Source of the DNA: Candidatus Geocrenenecus huangii
GTDB lineage: Archaea > Thermoproteota > Nitrososphaeria_A > Caldarchaeales > Wolframiiraptoraceae
NCBI GenBank assembly: GCA_023254095.1
Contig: JALNLM010000002.1
Location: 1-24,000 of the forward strand
Reading direction: 5' to 3'
Length of the DNA stretch: 24,000 bases
Shown: piece after piece, positions 8,278-15,154 of the stretch
How positions within the stretch are numbered: the first letter of the stretch is position 1
How the letters are laid out: each line of letters begins with the position of its first letter
Program-made: the position numbers and the translations under genes
The notes under the pieces: generated by a model
Databases searched by the model: none
The model's input: the letters and a program-made list of their open reading frames with translations, nothing else
What the model was told of the DNA's origin: nothing

Positions 8278-9303
8278 CTATATTGTTAGTAATCCACGTT
8301 TCTTAAGATAGTTTTCGAGTCTTTTCTGCTTCCTTTGAATGATGAATCCAATCAGTTTATAAAATCTTAGTGCATCCGACATTCTAACATATATGTAGCA
8401 TGCATCTTTCTTTACTACATATATTTTCCCTTTTCTTCTGTCGAAGAATGTAGTTCCTTTCCTCAGATATATCTTTGGCTCAGTCGTTCTTATCCCAAGA
8501 AGATTTAGAATCTTCCTGACATATTGGAGAAGCTGTATGTTGCTGTTATAGCAGGAAATCCATTTATTTCCACCCATACTTCCTTCACTATCGAAGAATC
8601 CTCTTATGAACCTCCTCATACACTCTTCGCAATGTTCTACGAAAGGTGCTATTCTACTTATGTCTATTGGCTTCTGAAGCAGTTCATATGGAGCTTTAGA
8701 TTTAACACTTACTACTAGCATACCATATTTCCTTTGTCTCGGTCTAGGCGGATCTCTTCTAAGAACTTTTCCTAGACATCTAGAGAATTCTTCTATGAAG
8801 TCCTCGTCCTTTACCTCAGCTACTACTTCGTATATGCCATTCTTCTTCTTGACTGTCCATCCATCACCAGCAACAACACCTATTATGTAGGCGAGCTCTG
8901 GAGACGGTTCTAGAAATTCTACTGAGGGTATTCTTATCCCATTGAATGGGTTATGGATATCCTTGCACCAATAGCTGATCACCGACTTCTTCAGTCGCAC
9001 ACCATGAGACTTGCATACCTCATCAATGATCATACTGTATGATAGTCCCTTCTTCCTCAGCCTTCTAACTTCATCGTATAGCTTAATCCTTAGTTCTCTT
9101 GGCAAACATGGTCCTCTCTTCTTCAACCCCTCTCGAAAAATTTCGTGATAATATTTTTTGACTGTAGACTCCGATATCTCAACACCGCTTTCTTTTAGTA
9201 TTCTCCAGATCCTGTGATAGCCGTAACCCTTCGCTACTCCTGTCTTTAATGCTTCTTCCAGCTTCTCCTTGACTTCTAGTGGTGGCTTTCTCTGCACCAT
9301 CAC
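8278..9303 (-). CDS. Free-standing double-motif LAGLIDADG endonuclease-like protein with an N-terminal helix-turn-helix region
   Basis: 341 aa. The two LAGLIDADG motifs are LAYIIGVVAGDGW and FIRGFFDSEGSM, both keeping the acidic residue. The N-terminal ~120 aa contain two HTH-like units (YHRIWRILKESGVEISESTVKKY and LSYSMIIDEVCKSHGVRLKKSVISYW). The first codon is GTG at 9303, with an ATG at 9300. Confidence 0.8.
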   Translation of the reverse strand: MMVQRKPPLEVKEKLEEALKTGVAKGYGYHRIWRILKESGVEISESTVKKYYHEIFREGLKKRGPCLPRELRIKLYDEVRRLRKKGLSYSMIIDEVCKSHGVRLKKSVISYWCKDIHNPFNGIRIPSVEFLEPSPELAYIIGVVAGDGWTVKKKNGIYEVVAEVKDEDFIEEFSRCLGKVLRRDPPRPRQRKYGMLVVSVKSKAPYELLQKPIDISRIAPFVEHCEECMRRFIRGFFDSEGSMGGNKWISCYNSNIQLLQYVRKILNLLGIRTTEPKIYLRKGTTFFDRRKGKIYVVKKDACYIYVRMSDALRFYKLIGFIIQRKQKRLENYLKKRGLLTI

Positions 9304-9352
9304 TTCTCACACTCCAGTAATGTTAGTCAATGTACCTCACCTCATCTAATTC

Positions 9353-9420
9353 TTCTGATTCTTCTATCATGTCTAATGCTATCATCCCTCCAATAACTAT
9401 CATTGCTAGAAGAATCAGAA
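9353..9420. repeat. 14-bp perfect inverted repeat separated by 40 nt
   Basis: TTCTGATTCTTCTA (9353-9366) is the exact reverse complement of TAGAAGAATCAGAA (9407-9420). It lies between the LAGLIDADG ORF start and the transposase fragment. Confidence 0.6.
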
Positions 9421-9466
9421 TTTTTATTAGATAATCTTTAGTTATATCTTATTACTTCTCCAGATA

Positions 9467-9679
9467 ATGGTTTCTCTAAGACTAGGATTAGATTACGAGT
9501 ATCAGAAGTTTGGAATGAGAAATAGAGTTGAGAGATTCTTCAGATGTCTAAAGGAGAGAATAGCAGTATTCTATAATAAGCTAAGTACAAGAGACCCTAT
9601 ACAGAGAATAACTAACCTGAACATATTCCTAAACCTAATTCACACTATACTACCAAACCATGGATTGGGATGTGGTTAA
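9467..9679 (+). pseudogene. C-terminal fragment of a DDE transposase (family unresolved, IS6-like pattern)
   Basis: The 70-aa ORF contains RNRVERFFRCLKERIAVFYN, that is the catalytic-E region with K/R at +7 typical of DDE transposases. No upstream D, D region is present, so it is a remnant. Confidence 0.5.
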
Positions 9680-9750
9680 GAATGCTTATTTGGACACTAT
9701 CACTGCAAGGCTGCTAAGATTTATCATCTCAATTGTAGGATATAGTTGGT

Positions 9751-10608
9751 ATGGCCTCCTTAGATAAGCGGTATGCGGCTTTATTTGAGGTCTGCCTAGC
9801 TTCTCTAATTCTAACTTTTGTTTGGTGGTTTTACGAGGCTTACTTAAAGCGTAATATGTTCTGGTATTTTGGCCTTCCAAAATTTATTATGATGCTCTTA
9901 GCCCTACTCGCCATCATCTTGCCCAGGAGGAGTTTTAGGATTTACGGCTTCCTGCCCAGAAGCCCGCGCTTCACATTGAAGTGGAGCTCAGTATTTATAG
10001 CGATCTTTATCCTACCCTCGGCGTTCTCAATTGGGGTGTCGGCGGCTCTGGGCGTGGCTAAGCCTGCTGGGCTGTCGCCGCTCAGCATAATTCTAAACGT
10101 GATCTTCAACATGGTCTTCATCGGGCTTGTTGAGGAGGCTTATTTTAGGGGTTATGTGCAGTCTAGGCTTAATGAGGCCTTTGAGAGGCACTGGCGGAGG
10201 CTCATCTTTAAGGCTTGGAAAGTCGATTATGGAATGAGTTTACCTCTAACCTCCATAATCTTCGCTTTGATGCACATAGTCAATTACTGGAACCCGATTA
10301 TATCAAGGTGGGAGCCGGCTTGGTGGATGCCCATACACATCCTAGGAGCCTTCGCCTTCGGATGCCTGGCCGGGGCTCTAAGGGAGGCATCAGACATTTA
10401 TGTTTCGGCTTCACTGCACGGAGGCATAATGACCTCCTACACGTTTCTATCCATTTATACAAGCGAATTGATCCTGAACATCAGCCTATTCATCAGCTGG
10501 TTCATCTTCTTCTACATTCTGGGCATTTTCTTCCATGAATCCGAGAACCCAAGTGGCTTAGATTTGAGAGGGCGCAGTAAGAATAGCGTAGGTCTTCGGA
10601 AACCCTAG
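9751..10608 (+). CDS. CPBP family intramembrane metalloprotease (CAAX protease / Abi-like)
   Basis: 285 aa with about 7 hydrophobic spans. It carries CPBP motif 1 EEAYFRG (EExxxR) and motif 2 FALMH (FxxxH). GC content is markedly above neighbouring genes. The last ~13 codons run into the tRNA-like remnant. Confidence 0.8.
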   Translation: MASLDKRYAALFEVCLASLILTFVWWFYEAYLKRNMFWYFGLPKFIMMLLALLAIILPRRSFRIYGFLPRSPRFTLKWSSVFIAIFILPSAFSIGVSAALGVAKPAGLSPLSIILNVIFNMVFIGLVEEAYFRGYVQSRLNEAFERHWRRLIFKAWKVDYGMSLPLTSIIFALMHIVNYWNPIISRWEPAWWMPIHILGAFAFGCLAGALREASDIYVSASLHGGIMTSYTFLSIYTSELILNISLFISWFIFFYILGIFFHESENPSGLDLRGRSKNSVGLRKP

Positions 10609-10661
10609 ATCAGAGGGTTGGAGAGAGCCTGAGGTCGGAGGTTCAAATCCCGCCCGGGACT
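10570..10661 (+). pseudogene. Mosaic tRNA-like remnant: Arg(TCG)-like intron-bearing anticodon arm joined to a tRNA-Thr-like T-arm and acceptor 3' strand
   Basis: The anticodon stem is TAGGT(10589-10593)/GCCTG(10627-10631). The BHB helix is CTTC(10594-10597)/GGAG(10620-10623), with bulges GG|A and AG|A. The spliced loop is CTTCGGA. However, the T stem GGAGG/CCCGC has 2 mismatches, the D arm is truncated, and the acceptor 3' strand CCGGGAC has no 5' partner. Confidence 0.5.
10626..10661 (+). repeat. Copy B of the direct repeat (degenerate copy of the tRNA-Thr 3' half), possible distal att site
   Basis: AGCCTGAGGTCGGAGGTTCAAATCCCGCCCGGGACT against AGCCGCAGGTCGCGGGTTCAAATCCCGCCCGGGGCT gives 31/36 identity. 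Confidence 0.55.
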
Positions 10662-11261
10662 TACTTCTCTTAGTTCTGGCTCTCTTCATATCTTCGACTC
10701 TAAAATCTAGAACAATGTAAGCGACCACAGAATAAAGGTAGAGAATATAGGTTCCATAATTAGTCAAGCTACCTTATGGTGCTCCACTATGTATAGGCTA
10801 TGCCGAACACTTAACTTTCTAGTTTTGGTCTTAGGTATTATAGGTTTGTTGCGGGTCCTTCTATCTCTTTGGCCTTTGAGGCTGTTACATCTTCTCTTGA
10901 CTGAGATATGATAGGAAACACTATATGGAGTATAGTAAACTCAAAAATTGATGCTTATGAATATATCAAGGTTAATGAATAGTTGGCTCAACAAGCTATC
11001 TTCACTCTCGATAAACTATTGCTGCTTCTTCTGATCTATAGTCTAACATTAATATCATTATGGGTTATGATAATCAAGTGTCAGTGTATGAAATAGCCGA
11101 AAGATATCTGGGGAATGAGGAGAAAGATAGATTCAGGGAACCCGCTCTTTAAACTCTACTTCTCCAAGAAAAGTCTATCTACATTAGGGATGTGGGAAGC
11201 ATTTATTGTTTAAATATTGAAAGCAGAAATGACCTGATTCATGGATTAATATTGCATCTTT

Positions 11262-12740
11262 TTATAGATAGTGTGTTCTTAATCTTTTCCAAGGCTTTGC
11301 CTCAGAACCATGTTTAGCATATTCCTTCAAGTCTATTCCAAGTCTTTCCGCATTCCTTTTTAATTGAGTTATTGTTGGCGGCTCTCCAGACTTTACACAT
11401 TCTACAACTAGCTTACCTATTTCTTCATCTCCTCTGGCAATTATTGATTGTAGGAAAGCCTGCCTTATACCATCAGTGGATAAAGCATCTTTAAGCTCTT
11501 TCTTGAGAAATCGGAGTCTTTCTTTAAGCTCCTTTACATCTCCGAATTCTTCATCTTCGAATGGTGTATGAGGCTTCGGTACGAAGGGATTAGCACTAAC
11601 TCTTACTAGGAAGCCCATCTTCATTATCTCCCTAACCAAGCCGATTATAGATTCTAGGTCTTGCATCGTTTCACCAGGTAGACCGAACATGAAATATAGC
11701 TTGATCTTCTTCACACCATATCTCTTGAAGATTGTACACGCTTTAAGTAGGTCTTCATCAGTGAATTTTTTCCCGATCATATATCGAAGGTCTTCACTGC
11801 TCTCTGGGGCTAACGTTATTGTCTTCTCACCACTCTCCACCAAGAATTCTATTAGTTCCTCGTTTAGATTGTCTATTCTTAGAGATGGGGCCACAACTTT
11901 AAACTTGTACGATCTTTTTTGAAGTTCATTCAGGTATTCTATTAGTTCGTTCAATCTTGAGTAGCTATTCAAGTCAGCAGAGATCAATACGAGTGACTCG
12001 TATCTTCCAGCCTTCAAGCCTTCTTCGATTACTTGAGTTAATTGTTCTATCGAGCGTTCACGATACGGTGAGTAGACATATCTTCCAAAACAGAATTTGC
12101 ATGACCATCTACAACCTCTACTGACGTCTACAAGTAGAGCATCTCCGAATACAGATAATTTACTCGAGGCCTGCAAGGAGGGTAGAAAAGTATCTAAAGG
12201 TTCAGGAAATCCTTTACCAGAATACTTCATGTTTTCTAAGTCTAATACCCCCTTTAAAGTTGTTAAGACGTCTTCCCCAACCTCATCGATAACTTCATTA
12301 ATGAAATCGATTATGCTGGCCTCTGCTTCTCCCACGTAGACATAATCGGTTAATCCTTTTAATGGAAACGGATTATAGACGCATGGTCCACCTACAATCT
12401 TCATCCTATTTGACAAGTTTTGTCTAACAACCCATCTGACAATCTCGAACAAGTCTGGCTCATACTGATAGGTAAACATTATCAGATTGAATTCACTTAT
12501 AGATGAGCCTGTCTCGAGGCTCCTACCACTCTCACTAGTAAATCTCTCACAATATGCTCTTTCATAGAGATTCAGGAGATGATACAGTATCCTAAACCCG
12601 AGATTCGATATAGCAACCTTGTAGACGTTAGGGTAGACGAGCGCTATTCTAAACTTTCTTCTAACCTTCTTCTTAACAGTAAACTTCTCAGCAACCACAC
12701 CCATCATTTCAACTATTTTACTCAAATAATTTAATGACAT
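11262..12740 (-). CDS. Radical SAM protein with an N-terminal B12-binding-like domain, function unknown
   Basis: 492 aa. The CX3CX2C cluster is SRGCRWSCKFCFG. The N-terminal RIALVYPNVYKVAISNLGFRILYHLLN resembles the uncharacterised TIGR03960-type radical SAM family, from memory. Confidence 0.85.
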   Translation of the reverse strand: MSLNYLSKIVEMMGVVAEKFTVKKKVRRKFRIALVYPNVYKVAISNLGFRILYHLLNLYERAYCERFTSESGRSLETGSSISEFNLIMFTYQYEPDLFEIVRWVVRQNLSNRMKIVGGPCVYNPFPLKGLTDYVYVGEAEASIIDFINEVIDEVGEDVLTTLKGVLDLENMKYSGKGFPEPLDTFLPSLQASSKLSVFGDALLVDVSRGCRWSCKFCFGRYVYSPYRERSIEQLTQVIEEGLKAGRYESLVLISADLNSYSRLNELIEYLNELQKRSYKFKVVAPSLRIDNLNEELIEFLVESGEKTITLAPESSEDLRYMIGKKFTDEDLLKACTIFKRYGVKKIKLYFMFGLPGETMQDLESIIGLVREIMKMGFLVRVSANPFVPKPHTPFEDEEFGDVKELKERLRFLKKELKDALSTDGIRQAFLQSIIARGDEEIGKLVVECVKSGEPPTITQLKRNAERLGIDLKEYAKHGSEAKPWKRLRTHYL

Positions 12741-12909
12741 GAAAATATTTGAGCATTATAGTCAATGATGCGCTCAATACGACTTCTTAATCTCCTTTTT
12801 TCAAGATTCGGTCAACTTACATGGAGTATCGTTCATAGATAATGTATAGTTTTTCGACTCACGTTATATTTAGAAAGATTAATATCATCCTCCGCCATTA
12901 ATTTATAAG

Positions 12910-13275
12910 ATGAAGAAAACTCCTATCGGGAGGAGAAAGTCTACTTCTCATCTGCCTGTTGAAGAATTTGAGTATATTGAGGATTTCGGTAAGATTATAC
13001 GAGAAGCTAGAGAGAAGATTGGTTTAACACAAGAAGATCTAGCCAGGCAATTAAATGAGAGGATTACGGTAATAAAGAAAATAGAATCGGGAGAATTCAA
13101 ACCACCTGTAGATCTTGCGAGAAAGATTGAGAAGCTACTAAAGATCGTAATAATAGTTCCAGCCGAAGAAGAGTTGGAGGACTTATCGAGATACTTGGAG
13201 AAAGGAGAGACATCTAAGAGTGTATCTCTCGGATTGTATCTTAGGAAGAGTGAAGAAAAAGTAGGAGGAGCATAG
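12910..13275 (+). CDS. MBF1-like HTH (XRE-type) protein lacking the N-terminal zinc ribbon
   Basis: 121 aa. FGKIIREAREKIGLTQEDLARQLNERITVIKKIESGEFKPPVDLARKIEKLL matches the aMBF1 linker plus HTH. The protein contains no Cys residue, and I found no Zn-ribbon coding potential in 12741-12909. Confidence 0.8.
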   Translation: MKKTPIGRRKSTSHLPVEEFEYIEDFGKIIREAREKIGLTQEDLARQLNERITVIKKIESGEFKPPVDLARKIEKLLKIVIIVPAEEELEDLSRYLEKGETSKSVSLGLYLRKSEEKVGGA

Positions 13276-13339
13276 TTAAGTTAATGTAAATGGTTTTAAA
13301 GAGCTTACACATACATTTTTCTAGAAGGGTAAAAGTAAG

Positions 13340-14590
13340 TTGAGGGTGGCGATAATCCATAGAACGAACGTAGGAGAAGAAGATAATCTAGAAGAGCTTA
13401 GCGAGCTTTGTCGTACCGCAGGGTACAATGTAGTCTACAGGGTCAAACAAGAGAGGCCACCTCACCCGGAGTACAATATTGGTCCGGGTAAAGTTGAAGA
13501 ACTAGCGAAGGCTGTAAGAGAGCTCGGAATAGAGAAGGTAGTATTCGAGAACGAGTTGAAGCCTATCCAAGAATACAATCTAGCTAAGAAGCTGGGTGTT
13601 CAAGTTATTACACGTACCCAGCTTATACTTGAGATATTTACACTTCATGCAAGTAGTATTGAAGCTAGACTTCAGATAAAGCTTGCTGAATTAAAGTACG
13701 AGTTGCCTAGGGCTAAAGAGAAGGTTAGGTTAGCCAAGAAAGGTGAACAGCCAGGATTCCATGGTTTAGGAGCATACGAAGCAGACGTCTACTATGATGA
13801 AATCCATAGGAGAATAGTTTACATAAATAAGAAGCTTGAAGCAATCAAGAAACATATGGATCTGATAAGAGTTGAAAGGAAGAAACTTGGGCTACCCATA
13901 ATATCACTTGCAGGATACACAAATGCTGGCAAATCAACGTTATTTAATCTGCTAACCTTTGAAGATGTCGAAGTCAACTCACAGCTATTCACAACCTTAA
14001 CTCCAACAACTAGAATAGTAAGGCTTGACGGGAAGCCTGTTTTCCTCTCAGATACAGTAGGGTTCATCAACAACCTCCCGACATTGCTGATAGAAGCATT
14101 CTATGCAACTCTTAGAGAGATTGCATTATCAGACTTGATACTGTTAATGGTTGATGCATCTGAACCACTACAGATCGTTGAAAAAAAGCTCGAGACATCT
14201 CTAGACACATTAAGCAGTATCGGGGCTGGAGGGGTCCCAATACTACTAGTCTTCAACAAGATAGACCTTACGGATCTCGACGAAATAGAAAAGAAGATAA
14301 AAAGACTGAATCTACCATATGAGTATGTTGCGATATCTGCGAAAACCGGATGGAATATTAAGAGTTTGGAAGAAAAAGTCTCACGTATGCTCAAAGGCTT
14401 CATAAGGGTAAAAGCCACTATACCATTCAATTCAACGTCGATGAAGATGATCAAGGAAATCTACAATAAGTCTAAGGTGATAAACATAGAGTATGATGAT
14501 AGTTGCGTCAAGGTTGATGTAGAGACAACCATAGAACTGGCTGAAAGGATCCGTAAGCTTTCAGAGGGAGGAGAGTTCAGAGTTGGATAA
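13340..14590 (+). CDS. hflX: GTPase HflX
   Basis: 416 aa. It has the HflX N-terminal domain, then G1 GYTNAGKST, G3 DTVGF and G4 NKID. The start codon is TTG. Confidence 0.9.
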   Translation: MRVAIIHRTNVGEEDNLEELSELCRTAGYNVVYRVKQERPPHPEYNIGPGKVEELAKAVRELGIEKVVFENELKPIQEYNLAKKLGVQVITRTQLILEIFTLHASSIEARLQIKLAELKYELPRAKEKVRLAKKGEQPGFHGLGAYEADVYYDEIHRRIVYINKKLEAIKKHMDLIRVERKKLGLPIISLAGYTNAGKSTLFNLLTFEDVEVNSQLFTTLTPTTRIVRLDGKPVFLSDTVGFINNLPTLLIEAFYATLREIALSDLILLMVDASEPLQIVEKKLETSLDTLSSIGAGGVPILLVFNKIDLTDLDEIEKKIKRLNLPYEYVAISAKTGWNIKSLEEKVSRMLKGFIRVKATIPFNSTSMKMIKEIYNKSKVINIEYDDSCVKVDVETTIELAERIRKLSEGGEFRVG

Positions 14591-15059
14591 AACAGAATTA
14601 CTGGATATTGTTAGGATGGTTGCAGACTACCAGTTCGGCTATAACGTCGGTCTCAAACTATTCCCTAACGAAACAGTAATCGAAGTGTCCAGGAGAACTG
14701 GAAGACCTAGATACATTCTTCTAAACGGGAAACTATTGGCAACACTGAGAAGCAATGATGGAATGCTTGCACTAACTCTTGAAGGTGGAGAGAGGCTTGC
14801 AGAGATAATCGAGTGGCCACGGTTCAGGGTCGTCGTCCATGAAAGTTACATAGATAAGGTATTAAAGATGAAAATAGTAAAAGTAAACTGGGTTAAAGAA
14901 GTAGATGAATTACTCTACCCAAATGAAGAAGTCCTAATTTGCACATCGGATAAGAAGGTAATCGGTGTAGGTAAAACCCAAGTTTCAGGTCAGACAATTA
15001 TAAGCTCAAGAAGAGGTACTGCAGTCAAGGTCAGAGACGTGAAGAAGCAGATAGAATAG
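14583..15059 (+). CDS. PUA-domain RNA-binding protein (pre-PUA + PUA, COG1370-like)
   Basis: 158 aa. The N-terminus carries a VADYQFG motif. The C-terminal PUA-like segment is EEVLICTSDKKVIGVGKTQVSG...GTAVKVRDV. It overlaps the hflX stop by 8 nt, and the start is TTG at 14583 or ATG at 14616. Confidence 0.75.
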   Translation: MDKTELLDIVRMVADYQFGYNVGLKLFPNETVIEVSRRTGRPRYILLNGKLLATLRSNDGMLALTLEGGERLAEIIEWPRFRVVVHESYIDKVLKMKIVKVNWVKEVDELLYPNEEVLICTSDKKVIGVGKTQVSGQTIISSRRGTAVKVRDVKKQIE

Positions 15060-15154
15060 TAAATTATGTATCTTCATTTGTTCTGTGAATGAGAAAGATA
15101 TTATACAACCTCATCGATCAAAATTATTGGAATAGTAGGTGAGGTCCTTACGGT

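Larger units (their letters stand above)
8215..10661. mobile_element. Putative degraded integrated element or accessory islet bounded by tRNA-Thr and its partial 3' repeat
   Basis: Direct repeats of the tRNA 3' half bracket about 2.4 kb. The content is a homing-endonuclease-like ORF, a transposase fragment and a compositionally foreign CPBP gene. No integrase is present, so this is at best a remnant. Confidence 0.35.

Noticed and set aside
8242-9340. 7-mers GTGTGAG/GTGAGGT at the 3' flank and CTCACAC/ACCTCAC at the 5' flank of the LAGLIDADG ORF, considered as terminal inverted repeats
   Set aside because: The order of the two motifs is not mirrored (A-B ... A'-B' instead of A-B ... B'-A'), and the matches are only 7 nt. 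This is not a true TIR.
9686-9880. 64-aa minus-strand ORF overlapping the CPBP gene start
   Set aside because: It lies antisense to the CPBP N-terminus and intergenic DNA, and has no motifs.
10558-10767. 69-aa minus-strand ORF reading antisense through the tRNA-like repeat (…SRAGFEPPTSGS…), considered as an Int(N) fragment of an SSV-type integrase
   Set aside because: The GFEP..TSG peptide is dictated by the tRNA T-arm sequence. The ORF is short, has no tyrosine-recombinase motifs and no Int(C) partner anywhere in the window. I kept it only as a remark under the 10662-11261 finding.
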